Shown here: piece by piece, positions 13,593 to 27,350 of the stretch
Position numbering within the stretch: position 1 is the first letter of the stretch
Layout: each line of letters begins with the position of its first letter
Origin: Alphaproteobacteria bacterium
Lineage (GTDB): Bacteria > Pseudomonadota > Alphaproteobacteria > JAOXRX01
Assembly (NCBI GenBank): GCA_025800285.1
Contig: JAOXRX010000037.1
Span: 52,651-116,650 of the forward strand
Length of the DNA: 64,000 bases
Reading direction: 5' to 3'
Notes under the pieces: model-generated
Databases searched by the model: none
What the model saw: the letters and a program-made list of their open reading frames with translations, nothing else
Told to the model about the DNA's origin: nothing
Made by a program: the position numbers and the translations under genes

Positions 13593-14522
13593 ATGTTAAA
13601 GATGAGCGAAAACAAAAAAATAGATACTACTTTAACAACTGTTTTATTAGCTGGGGTTTTTGCAGTAGGAAAGAAACATAAAGGCTTTATTCCCGAAGCA
13701 GAAATGAATTTATTAAAAGACTCTTTAGAAAGAGTTAAAAGTGCTAGCATTTTACATAGAGGTGTATCCCTTTTAGGAACTAAAACACCAGGATTTGCTA
13801 TAAAAATTCTAGATACTTTTTCTCATGGATTAGCATATCAGTATGCAGAAAGAAATAGAATATTTCGTGAACAATTCTCTCAAATGCACAGCATTTATGG
13901 CTCAGACTTATCTATAGTAAATTTAAGGGCTGGTCTTGATTTTATACCGGATTTATATGCTTATAATAACAATTTAGAAACTATAAATATTGATAGCGAG
14001 GAAATTTTAAGTCAAAGAAAATGGTTATTGCAAGAGAAAAGACCTGAGCTATTCTATAACTCTAAAGAAGTTCCTTTGAACTTATCATTGGAGAATGATA
14101 TTTCTAAAATACAAAACTTTTTAAAAGATAAACCAACTTTAGTTATGGCTAAAGGATTGTTTCCATATTTAGAACATGATAAAGTTAAGCTTATTTTACA
14201 AGAAATAGCAAAATCACCTAAACCATCAATGCTTACATGCTCTTTTTTAAATTCTTTAAATGGAAATACAAAAACTAAAAAAGAGGAATCTACTAAACAA
14301 AGCATGAATTATAAATCAGCTTGGAGCCCTAAAGATTTTACAGCATTAGCAACAAGCTTAGGCATGCAGGTTCAATTTGCACTAAAAGCCTCAACTTGGA
14401 TGAGTGAAGCTATAATAAAATCTGGAAAAATAAACCCTCAGCAATTAGATGAAACTTGGGATATAGAAAACATGGCGACAATATCTAATGCAAGACATTC
14501 ATATATACCTTCAATTAGTTAA
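13593..14522 (+). CDS. Putative SAM-dependent O-methyltransferase of the leucine-carboxyl-methyltransferase (LCM) type
   Basis: 309 aa. The layout resembles LCM-family enzymes: N-terminal TTLTTVLLAGVFAV, then RNRIFREQF..., VNLRAGLDFIPD (the 'lGAGlDtr' position), INIDSEEIL ('fEvD.p.v') and VMAKGLFPYLEHDKVKLILQEIA ('EGl..YL....v..ll..i'). The sequence is divergent. Confidence 0.45.
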   Translation: MLKMSENKKIDTTLTTVLLAGVFAVGKKHKGFIPEAEMNLLKDSLERVKSASILHRGVSLLGTKTPGFAIKILDTFSHGLAYQYAERNRIFREQFSQMHSIYGSDLSIVNLRAGLDFIPDLYAYNNNLETINIDSEEILSQRKWLLQEKRPELFYNSKEVPLNLSLENDISKIQNFLKDKPTLVMAKGLFPYLEHDKVKLILQEIAKSPKPSMLTCSFLNSLNGNTKTKKEESTKQSMNYKSAWSPKDFTALATSLGMQVQFALKASTWMSEAIIKSGKINPQQLDETWDIENMATISNARHSYIPSIS

Positions 14523-14553
14523 TTCAAAACCTTATACAAAAAAAATCTAAGTA

Positions 14554-15450
14554 CTAATGTGTTCTACCAGCTAGATATTGAGCTAGCTCTATTAACAAAC
14601 TTACATCTTTGTTAAATATCTTTAACTCATCACAAGCTTCCTGAGTTAATTTATCAACTGCTATTTGTGCTTCTTCCAGCCCATACATAGAAATAAATGT
14701 TGTTTTCTTATTAGCCTCATCTCTTCGTAATGGCTTACCTACTAATTTTTCATCACCAATAACATCTAATATATCATCCGTTATTTGAAAAACAATGCCA
14801 AATTTTGTTGCATAATTATACAAAGCTTTTCGCTCCTCTTTAGAAGCCTTTCCCAATATAGCTCCAGCCAAACAAGAGAATATAAACATTTTACCTGTTT
14901 TAAGAAACTCCATTCTTTTCATTGTCTCAAAGGACAAAGATCTTTTTTCAGATAGTAAGTCTAGTATTTGACCAGCAACCATCCCCTTTGCTCCAATTGT
15001 TTTTGAGAGTTCTAAAGCAATTTCGCTTCTTAATTCAGCATCCGATATATTGCTTGGATTAGAAATAATCTCATAAGCTAAGGGTATTAAAGCATCACCA
15101 GTAAGTATAGCAGTTGCCTCATCATATCTTATATGGTTTGCGGGCTGTCCTCTTCTAGTATCGGCATCGTCCATAGAAGGAAGGTCATCATGAATAAGAG
15201 AATAAGCATGCACGAACTCTATTGCACTAGCCACTTTTAAAGCCTCTTTTCTAGAAACTCCAAATAGCTTTGATGTTTCTACTACTAAAAATGCTCTAAT
15301 TCTTTTAGCCTTTGCCATAGAAGAATATCTCATGGATTCATATAGGAAACTCTCTTCTTCCGTTCCATTTGGGATTAAAGCCAGCATTTCAGCCTCAATA
15401 TCTTTAACTACTCTTTTTATTTCTGATGATAAAGCTTTGCTGATATTCAT
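14554..15450 (-). CDS. ispA: (2E,6E)-farnesyl diphosphate synthase / polyprenyl synthetase
   Basis: Motifs LIHDDLPSMDDADTRRG (FARM) and FQITDDILD (SARM). I place the start at the ATG at 15450 (MNISKAL), 1 nt after the xseB stop. The track ORF extends to 15507, inside xseB. Confidence 0.85.
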   Translation of the reverse strand: MNISKALSSEIKRVVKDIEAEMLALIPNGTEEESFLYESMRYSSMAKAKRIRAFLVVETSKLFGVSRKEALKVASAIEFVHAYSLIHDDLPSMDDADTRRGQPANHIRYDEATAILTGDALIPLAYEIISNPSNISDAELRSEIALELSKTIGAKGMVAGQILDLLSEKRSLSFETMKRMEFLKTGKMFIFSCLAGAILGKASKEERKALYNYATKFGIVFQITDDILDVIGDEKLVGKPLRRDEANKKTTFISMYGLEEAQIAVDKLTQEACDELKIFNKDVSLLIELAQYLAGRTH

Positions 15451-15451
15451 G

Positions 15452-15667
15452 TTACATATCCTCTTCTTTTGATACTTCTCCGTTACTACTAACGGCAATT
15501 TTTTCAAGTTTTGTTTTTGCTTCTTTTAATCTAGTTTCACAGATTGATGCGAGCTTAACACCTTTTTCATAATTAGCCAAAGCATCTTCAAGTTTACCTT
15601 GTCCGCTTTCCATAGATTTAACAATTAGTTCTAGCTCTTTTAAAGCATCTTCAAAATTAGTATCCAT
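15452..15667 (-). CDS. xseB: Exodeoxyribonuclease VII small subunit
   Basis: 71 aa. FEDALKELELIVKSMESGQGKLEDALANYEKGVKLASICETRLKEA is the canonical XseB helix-turn-helix hairpin. xseB-ispA synteny is preserved. Confidence 0.85.
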   Translation of the reverse strand: MDTNFEDALKELELIVKSMESGQGKLEDALANYEKGVKLASICETRLKEAKTKLEKIAVSSNGEVSKEEDM

Positions 15668-15677
15668 ATCTTTCTCC

Positions 15678-16643
15678 TTATTTAAAAACCCCTATCACAC
15701 TCATCATATCTTCTGGAATCTCACTTATAAAGTGCATCTCCTCTTTTGTACTAGGATGAATAAAAGCTATTTCTTTTGCATGCAAAGCTTGTCTATCAAA
15801 GCATCTCAATATCGCCTTTTGTTCATCTGTAAATTTATATTTATTGATTTTGCTTCTACCATAAACTTGATCTCCTAAAAGAGGACAACCTATATGAGTC
15901 ATATGAACTCTTATTTGATGAGTCCTTCCTGTTTCAAGTTTACATTCAACTAAACAAAGCTTTCTCTCAAATGTTTTAAGAGTCTTATAATTTGTGATTG
16001 CCTCTTTACCAGCATCTTCACCCAGAACAGACATTTTTTTACGATTCGTTTTACTTCTTCCAATGTTAGTTAGGATTGTTCCTGATGATGGAGATGGATT
16101 TCCCCAAACAATAGCATTATAAACTCTAGAAAGCTTTCTCTTTTCTAACTGCTTTGATAAATGTTTATGTGCTTTATCGTTTTTCGCAACGATCATCAAG
16201 CCACTTGTATCTTTATCTAAACGATGAACAATTCCCGGTCTTTGTACTCCACCTATGCCAGAAAGGCTATCTTTACAATGGAACAGTATAGCATTTACTA
16301 GAGTCCCATCATAATTACCAACAGCAGGATGCACAACCATACCTACTTCTTTATTGATAACTAGAACATCATCATCTTCATAAACGATGTTTATAGGTAT
16401 ATCTTGTGGTTCTGGGATTGCCTCTTTAACTTCTGGAATTTCAACGAAAAACACATCTCCTTTTTTAACTTTTGTTGCTGGAGATATTTTTTCATAATTT
16501 TTACTTTTTACATAATCATTCTCTATGTAATTCTTTAATTGGTTTCTGGATATTTCTGGCAGAGATTTCGCCAAACAGAAATCCAATCTTTTTTTATTTA
16601 ACTCTTCTGATATTTGAACTTTTAACATACAGCTTTTATACAA
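15678..16643 (-). CDS. rluD: 23S rRNA pseudouridine synthase, RluD type
   Basis: N-terminal S4 domain (RLDFCLAKSL), the catalytic motif HRLDKDTSGLM and GRTHQIRVH. Confidence 0.85.
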   Translation of the reverse strand: MYKSCMLKVQISEELNKKRLDFCLAKSLPEISRNQLKNYIENDYVKSKNYEKISPATKVKKGDVFFVEIPEVKEAIPEPQDIPINIVYEDDDVLVINKEVGMVVHPAVGNYDGTLVNAILFHCKDSLSGIGGVQRPGIVHRLDKDTSGLMIVAKNDKAHKHLSKQLEKRKLSRVYNAIVWGNPSPSSGTILTNIGRSKTNRKKMSVLGEDAGKEAITNYKTLKTFERKLCLVECKLETGRTHQIRVHMTHIGCPLLGDQVYGRSKINKYKFTDEQKAILRCFDRQALHAKEIAFIHPSTKEEMHFISEIPEDMMSVIGVFK

Positions 16644-16678
16644 TAGATTTTTACAAAAGACAAATTATTTCTTTTTGA

Positions 16679-18823
<2,145 letters not shown>

Positions 18824-18851
18824 TTTTTATATAATATAATAAATCTATTTA

Positions 18852-20027
18852 TTAAGATACATTTTCCAACCAAGATTCATAAAGTTTTTTCTGGTTGTAA
18901 TGCTTATTAGCCATAGCCTGCCTTAACTTGTCTTTGATTTCCGGCCAACCATCAACTAATTTTTGCAAATCATCATTCTTAAGAACAAGCAGAGTACTCT
19001 CTGTAACAGAGGTTACACTAGCAGTTCTGATTCCACCACCGCCAAGAGCACTAACTTCTCCAAAAAATTCTCCTTCTCCTAAACTTACAACACCATGCGA
19101 AAGATCCATTTCCATTTCACCCTTTGCAATAAAGTAAAGAGCATTTGATATTTCTCCTTTTTGAATTACTACAAATCTAGCAGGAACAAGTTTTTGCTTC
19201 AATACGGAAGTAATCTGAGCAAGTCTCTCTGGATCAAGCCCCTTAAAGAAAGGCACTTTTGACACCATGGAAAAGTTTAACATAAAGTCTTTTCTTTTTA
19301 TCTCTCTTGCAAAACCAGCAGCTAACAAACCTGCAGGCAAAGTAAACATAGCAATACCCATAACCGCAATTATACCACCAAACATTCTACCCGCTGGAGT
19401 TAAAGGCACAATATCTCCATAACCAACTGTTGTCATAGTAGCAACTGACCACCACATAGAAGCAGGAATGCTAGAGAATGTATCTGGTTGAACATCCTTC
19501 TCAAGCACCCAAATAACACCTGAAGCGAAAACAAATACTATAAGCATTGTAAACAATGCAGCAAACACAGGTTTTCTCTCATAGTAAAGCACTTCCCCCA
19601 GAGTTTTCAATGCTGGAGAATACCTAATAATCTTAAGTATCACAACAAGCTCTAGAATTAAAGCTGTATTTGGATTAATAGGAAATAGGAACCAAGGTAT
19701 AAAAGCTAAAAAGTCTATTACAGACAAAAATTGTGTCATAAACTTCAATCTACCAAAAACTGGATGGCGATTTTCTTCTCTTCTATCTTCCACACAAGAC
19801 CAAAGTCTCAATATAAACTCAACAAAGAAAACAGCTTTTGCTGTTAAATCTATTGATTTAAACCACATTGAGAAACCTTGATTTATAGCTTCTACACTAT
19901 CTAAACAAAGGGAGAAAACATTAAACAGTATTAGAGATATAATAAAAACTCTAAATATGTTGTACCCATCATTATATCTATTATTATCAGATAGTATGTC
20001 AAATGTTTTTTGTCTTAGTCTTACCAT
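18852..20027 (-). CDS. Cyclic-nucleotide-gated K+ channel (MloK1-like: 6-TM pore plus a C-terminal cNMP-binding domain)
   Basis: Selectivity filter TTVGYGD. The CNB-domain motifs are FFGEVSALGGGGIRTASV and a preceding beta-roll (VIQKGEISNALYFIAKGEMEM). Confidence 0.85.
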   Translation of the reverse strand: MVRLRQKTFDILSDNNRYNDGYNIFRVFIISLILFNVFSLCLDSVEAINQGFSMWFKSIDLTAKAVFFVEFILRLWSCVEDRREENRHPVFGRLKFMTQFLSVIDFLAFIPWFLFPINPNTALILELVVILKIIRYSPALKTLGEVLYYERKPVFAALFTMLIVFVFASGVIWVLEKDVQPDTFSSIPASMWWSVATMTTVGYGDIVPLTPAGRMFGGIIAVMGIAMFTLPAGLLAAGFAREIKRKDFMLNFSMVSKVPFFKGLDPERLAQITSVLKQKLVPARFVVIQKGEISNALYFIAKGEMEMDLSHGVVSLGEGEFFGEVSALGGGGIRTASVTSVTESTLLVLKNDDLQKLVDGWPEIKDKLRQAMANKHYNQKKLYESWLENVS

Positions 20028-20106
20028 AAAAAATAAAATCCCTTGTTTTTCTTAAAAATACAAGAGATTTCATTTTTTGTCAAATATTTAATTTCTGTTA
20101 AATAGA

Positions 20107-21045
20107 TTATTTAGTCATTTCAAAGAACTTATTTCTTCTGTCTTCACGAATTTCTTCTCTAGACATGTTCTCATAAGATTTAAGAGATGCTAAAATTGTT
20201 TCTTTAACTGCATCCATCATTTGGTTTCTAAATCTATGAGCACCACCTATAGGCTCTTTAATAATTTCATCAATAATACCTAACTCTTTTAAGTCTTTTG
20301 CTGTTAATCTAAGAGCATTTGCAGCATCTTTTGTGAACTTCCCACTTCTCCAAAGAATTGAAGCACAACCTTCTGGAGAGATAACAGAATAAACAGAGTT
20401 TTCTAACATAATAACTTTATTTGCTGTTGCAATAGCTATAGCACCACCAGATCCACCTTCTCCGATAACAACTGAGATAATTGGGACTTGAACATCAAAA
20501 GAAACCTCCATTGATTTAGCAATTGCTTCTGCTTGTCCTCTTTCTTCAGCTCCAAGCCCTGGATAAGCACCAGCTGTATCAACTAGAGTAATTACTGGTA
20601 TATTGTATCTATCTGCAAGTTGCATAAGTCTTTGAGCTTTTCTATAACCCTCAGGGCAAGTCATACCAAAGTTATGTTTAATTCTGCTTTCTGTGTCAGA
20701 ACCTTTTTCTTGGCCTAGTATCATACAAGTAACCCCACCAATACGACCGATACCACTTATAATAGCTTCATCTTCAGAGAACAGTCTATCACCAGCAATT
20801 GGCATAAAATCTTCTACAAAGTATTCTATATAATCTTTTGTGTGAGGTCTATCTGGATGTCTAGCAACCTGAACCTTTTGTTCTGGAGTCAACTTTTCAT
20901 AAGTTGATTTTAAATGTTTTTCTAGTTTAACACTTAATTTTTCAATTTCTGAGCCTATATCTACTTTATTCTCACATGATAAAAGTTTCAGCTCTTTAAT
21001 CTTATTCTCTAATTCAGATATATCTTTTTCAAAATCTAAAATCAT
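20107..21045 (-). CDS. accA: Acetyl-CoA carboxylase carboxyltransferase alpha subunit
   Basis: 312 aa with ARHPDRPHT, LVDTAGAYPG, ERGQAEAIA and GEGGSGGA motifs. Confidence 0.95.
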   Translation of the reverse strand: MILDFEKDISELENKIKELKLLSCENKVDIGSEIEKLSVKLEKHLKSTYEKLTPEQKVQVARHPDRPHTKDYIEYFVEDFMPIAGDRLFSEDEAIISGIGRIGGVTCMILGQEKGSDTESRIKHNFGMTCPEGYRKAQRLMQLADRYNIPVITLVDTAGAYPGLGAEERGQAEAIAKSMEVSFDVQVPIISVVIGEGGSGGAIAIATANKVIMLENSVYSVISPEGCASILWRSGKFTKDAANALRLTAKDLKELGIIDEIIKEPIGGAHRFRNQMMDAVKETILASLKSYENMSREEIREDRRNKFFEMTK

Positions 21046-21133
21046 AATTCTTCCTGTTTTTTGTTAGCGACAAGAAAAACCCTAACACAATTATAAAAAA
21101 AATGCTAGAGTTTTTTATATCAAAAAAATTTAA

Positions 21134-21742
21134 TTAGTTTAAAACTAACTGTCTTTTAGCATCAGAAGTAAAAGAAAGCTTAGGCTTAACTTCTTTAGCT
21201 TTATCATATTTAATAGAGTTTTCTCTCTCTGAGAATGAGTATTCTTCTTCATATTTCTTTAAAAAGCCTCTATTCATAGCATTTTGAACACTGCTTCTTT
21301 CAAGAACCTCTAGTGGTAAAGCTCTTTCAAGAACTTCTTCATAAAAGTTATCAGCATAACCAGATGCATGTTTTTCAATACCTGTAACAACTAGATCTTC
21401 ATTTTCACCTCTTGACATAAAGAGATCTGACAAACTATCTAAAAGGAAAGGAATTCTTCTACAGTCACACACTTCCAAACCCTTCTCTACCACACATCTG
21501 TGCTCTTTAATATCTTCAGGTATCAAATCTTTAAATAATTCTGGAACTCTACTTGAGCTAAATAATCCTTGATGAACAGTGATTAAGTTAATTGTCTCTT
21601 CAACTAAGTCTTCTCTTAGAATATTTCTATCTTTTAAGTTATCTTTATACTCTTTAATAGTTCTAGCTATTAATTTACTTTTTTCTGCTGTTCTTTTTTT
21701 CATTTTCTTAACTTCTGCTATTGTTAAAACTCTCTCTGACAT
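21134..21742 (-). CDS. Hypothetical protein, third gene of an orphan operon
   Basis: 202-aa charged soluble protein with no recognised family. It lies 15 nt downstream of the previous ORF on the same strand. Confidence 0.5.
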   Translation of the reverse strand: MSERVLTIAEVKKMKKRTAEKSKLIARTIKEYKDNLKDRNILREDLVEETINLITVHQGLFSSSRVPELFKDLIPEDIKEHRCVVEKGLEVCDCRRIPFLLDSLSDLFMSRGENEDLVVTGIEKHASGYADNFYEEVLERALPLEVLERSSVQNAMNRGFLKKYEEEYSFSERENSIKYDKAKEVKPKLSFTSDAKRQLVLN

Positions 21743-21757
21743 TTATTTTCACCTTTC

Positions 21758-22303
21758 TTAGATTATCGATAACAACTTTCCTCTTGGTATAACTTTTCCA
21801 CTTAGTGTTTTTATTTTTACATTATTATTATGTAATTTTTGATATTCAATATACTTAATATCCTCTATGAAGTCTCTAAAATCATCAAGAGAACCACCAG
21901 TTTCTTTTATTTGCTGATAACCCTTAACTTCAATTTCAGACCTAATTCTTTTATCCGCAATAACACCTGCAGGAAGAGATTTAGCCACATCTACCATATC
22001 AACTCCTTTATCATTAGCTCGCTCTATTGCAAAAAACATTAAATCTCTATTTTCAATTTTCTCTGCAAAATCTTTCGGCATATGAGACATAACATCAACT
22101 ATTTCAATTAAGTTAGCAGATTTAAGAGCCTGCTTCAATATATGTCTATCATATCTGAATTCTTCACCCATGATTTCTGAATATAGCATAGAAACACTAT
22201 TCTTATACCCCTTTTTTTCAGAAGCCATCATGGATATTAAAATCCTAGCTTTAGCTTTTTTATAAGATTCTTTTTCGAACTCAGCCTTATATTTATTAGA
22301 CAT
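21758..22303 (-). CDS. Hypothetical protein, second gene of the orphan operon; it carries two copies of an (E/D)(I/M)V..(A/M).(S/H)(L/M)P motif
   Basis: 181 aa. IEIVDVMSHMPKDFAEKI and VDMVDVAKSLPAGVIADK are both present. Its start lies 1 nt after the upstream stop. Confidence 0.5.
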   Translation of the reverse strand: MSNKYKAEFEKESYKKAKARILISMMASEKKGYKNSVSMLYSEIMGEEFRYDRHILKQALKSANLIEIVDVMSHMPKDFAEKIENRDLMFFAIERANDKGVDMVDVAKSLPAGVIADKRIRSEIEVKGYQQIKETGGSLDDFRDFIEDIKYIEYQKLHNNNVKIKTLSGKVIPRGKLLSII

Positions 22304-22304
22304 T

Positions 22305-22553
22305 TTAAACCCCTAAGTCTAAAGCTTTAGTTTTTATCAGACCCTTACCAGATAAAGAAACAGATTCTTCTTTTCTTCTTACATCAGATATATACTTTTT
22401 CAATCCCTCTTTTTGTTCCTTTGGACATTTAGAAATTAGTATAGAAGCATTATTTATTAAATTTTTTACAGGAAGAGAGTGAGCCAAAGCTACAATTTCT
22501 TCTGGTTTTGCTTTTAAAATAGCCCTGATTGCTTCTCTTTTAAATTTTTCCAT
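22305..22553 (-). CDS. Hypothetical protein, first gene of the orphan operon; it carries one copy of the same motif
   Basis: 82 aa. EEIVALAHSLPVKNLINN is present. A canonical promoter precedes the gene. Confidence 0.5.
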   Translation of the reverse strand: MEKFKREAIRAILKAKPEEIVALAHSLPVKNLINNASILISKCPKEQKEGLKKYISDVRRKEESVSLSGKGLIKTKALDLGV

Positions 22554-22585
22554 ATTAGTTACCTTTTATTATTAAGTTAAGATTA

Positions 22586-22614
22586 ATTATATCATAAAAT
22601 TTCATTTTTTTCAA
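22586..22614 (-). promoter_or_regulatory. Consensus-like sigma-70 promoter, TTGAAA-17-TATAAT, on the minus strand
   Basis: The reverse complement of 22609-22614 is TTGAAA, and that of 22586-22591 is TATAAT. The spacer is exactly 17 nt. The promoter lies about 30 nt upstream of the 22553 start. Confidence 0.55.
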
Positions 22615-22647
22615 TACAAAAAACATAGGGTTAAACCTATGTTTTTT
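22615..22647. terminator. Terminator after lpxC (bidirectional form)
   Basis: AACATAGG-gttaaa-CCTATGTT stem (22621-22642), extended by flanking A-runs and T-runs. Confidence 0.7.
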
Positions 22648-22674
22648 ATACATTAAATATATTTATATTTTTGA

Positions 22675-23625
22675 CTACATTGCCATTTTTAGATTAAAGG
22701 CAGCATTCATTTCATCTTCAACAGTCATATCAACCATTTCCCATGCTGATTTATCTGCAAAGATAGCTCTTAATAGCTTATTATTTAAGTCATGTCCTGA
22801 TTTTATCCCATGGAATTTACCTATTATAGGAGCTCCAGCCAAGAACAAATCACCAATTGAATCTAGAATTTTATGACGAACAAACTCATCTGCATACCTT
22901 AAACCATTTTCGTTTAAAATCTTATCATCTTCTACCACAACAGCATTTTCTAAAGACCCACCCAAAGCTAGCCCCATAGATTTTAAAGCTTCAACATCCT
23001 TAAGCATACCAAAAGTTCTTGCTCTAGAAATCTCTTTCTTAAAAGCTGTTTCATCTAAATGCATGTCTTTATCTTGTTTACCAATAGCTTTACTATCAAA
23101 ATCAATTGAAAAACTAAATGAGCTCTTTTCTGCAGGAGTCATAACCACAGATTTATTTCCCTCATCAACAACAATTTCTTTTAAAACTTTAATTGCTTTT
23201 CTTTTCTCATTTTGTTGCTTGATGCCAGCACAATCAAATAAGAATACAAAAGGTTCTGAAGAACCATCCATAATAGGAACTTCTGCACCATCAATTTCAA
23301 TTAAGATGTTATCTATACCACAACCTCTAACAGCAGAGACTAAATGCTCTACAGTACCAACACTTGCTCCAAATTCATTTGCAACAACTGTACATAACTT
23401 AGTATCAACAACATTATCCCATGTTGCGTTTATTATATTTTTTCCATCTTCTAAGTCAGTTCTGACAAAAACAATCCCTGTATTAGCTTCAGCTGGCATA
23501 AATGTCATATTTATGTCTTTACCTGAATGCAATCCAATACCATTACAATGTATTTCATCTTGTATTGTTTGTTGAAACAATATATTGCTTTTATTTTTTC
23601 TTGGCATTTCAATAACTTTATTCAT
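22675..23625 (-). CDS. lpxC: UDP-3-O-acyl-N-acetylglucosamine deacetylase
   Basis: 316 aa with GIGLHSG, TVEHLVSA, FVRHKILDSIGDL and KSGHDLNNKLL motifs. Confidence 0.95.
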   Translation of the reverse strand: MNKVIEMPRKNKSNILFQQTIQDEIHCNGIGLHSGKDINMTFMPAEANTGIVFVRTDLEDGKNIINATWDNVVDTKLCTVVANEFGASVGTVEHLVSAVRGCGIDNILIEIDGAEVPIMDGSSEPFVFLFDCAGIKQQNEKRKAIKVLKEIVVDEGNKSVVMTPAEKSSFSFSIDFDSKAIGKQDKDMHLDETAFKKEISRARTFGMLKDVEALKSMGLALGGSLENAVVVEDDKILNENGLRYADEFVRHKILDSIGDLFLAGAPIIGKFHGIKSGHDLNNKLLRAIFADKSAWEMVDMTVEDEMNAAFNLKMAM

Positions 23626-23770
23626 AAAAATTCACCTTCCTGACTTCATATTTATCACGACTATAAATAGGAGTAAACAAATTTTGTGTTACATTTTGTA
23701 ATGTTTTATAAAAAAAGCTCCCTCTTATCAATAAATTAGAGAGAGCTTTTAATAAAATTAAAGATATATA

Positions 23771-26209
<2,439 letters not shown>

Positions 26210-26464
26210 TTAGTTTATTTATTTTTAACACATTTACGATTCGGAATGCAAAGGAAAAATGCAAAAAAACCATCTTTTCCCCTCAGCTAAGTCATTGATA
26301 TTGTCGAGTTTTTTTCTTCCCCTTCTAAAAACATGTTTAAAAACGAGTTATGCATAGACTTAATTAAAAATAAATAAATAAAAATGATGTTTAAGCTATG
26401 TTGAGAAAGGTTAAATTAGCTTATATAAAAAAAGTTAAGATTGTTTATTGTATATAATAACACA

Positions 26465-26498
26465 ATAAATAAAGCCCCGACCAAAAGATCGAGGCTTT
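26465..26498 (-). terminator. Probable terminator after fabG
   Basis: AAAGCCcCGA / TCGaGGCTTT stem with one mismatch (26471-26498). A T-rich tract follows on the minus strand. Confidence 0.5.
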
Positions 26499-26530
26499 AA
26501 CAATTATCTAAAATTGAATTAAAATCTATT

Positions 26531-27274
26531 TTATACTCTTGCCATTCCACCGTTAACATTAATAGTTTGACCTGTAATGTATCCTGACTCTTCTGAAGCT
26601 AGGAAAATAACAGTATTAGCTATATCTTGAGATGATCCTAATTGTTTCATAGGAATGTTAACTGTAAGAGCATCTTTTTGCTCTTGAGTTAGTTTATCTG
26701 TCATTGGAGTTGCAATAAATCCAGGTGCGATAGCATTAACTGTAATTCCTCTTGTAGCAACTTCTACAGAAAGAGATTTACCCATAGCAATTAATCCACC
26801 TTTTGATGCAGAGTAGTTACATTGACCTGGGTTACCTGTAACACCAACAATAGAAGCCATATTGATAATTCTTCCATATCTATTTTTCATCATTGGTTTG
26901 ATAGCAGCTTTTGACAGGAAGAATGGCATTCTTAAGTTAACACTTAAAACTGAATCCCAATCAGCATCTGACATTCTCATTGCTAAACCATCTCTTGTAA
27001 TACCAGCATTGTTAACTAAAATGTCAACAGCCCCAGCAATTTCCACAGACTCTTCAATAAGAGCTTTAGCATCATCTTCTGTTGCTAAATCTTTTACGAT
27101 TGTGAATACTCTTGAGTCATCACCTAGAGAAGCTTTTAAAGCATCAAGACCTTCAGCACCTCTATCAGTTAAAACCAAAGTTGCTCCTTGAGCAAATGCA
27201 GTTTCTGCAATTTTTCTTCCAATACCACCAGCGGCACCAGTTAGTAACATAACTTTACCTGTTAAATCGAACAT
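26531..27274 (-). CDS. fabG: 3-oxoacyl-ACP reductase
   Basis: 247 aa SDR with TGAAGGIG, NNAGI, the catalytic YSASKGG and the C-terminal GQTINVNGGM. Confidence 0.9.
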   Translation of the reverse strand: MFDLTGKVMLLTGAAGGIGRKIAETAFAQGATLVLTDRGAEGLDALKASLGDDSRVFTIVKDLATEDDAKALIEESVEIAGAVDILVNNAGITRDGLAMRMSDADWDSVLSVNLRMPFFLSKAAIKPMMKNRYGRIINMASIVGVTGNPGQCNYSASKGGLIAMGKSLSVEVATRGITVNAIAPGFIATPMTDKLTQEQKDALTVNIPMKQLGSSQDIANTVIFLASEESGYITGQTINVNGGMARV

Positions 27275-27350
27275 TATATTTCTCCTTAAGTTATTAAATA
27301 TTCTTTAGAACTTGTAATCTTATAACCTTTTTTATTTAAAAAAGCAAGTT

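Noticed and set aside
13523-13750. 75-aa minus-strand ORF overlapping the start of the methyltransferase gene
   Set aside because: It is antisense to a better-supported gene that has its own promoter and SD. The translation is hydrophobic and low-complexity.
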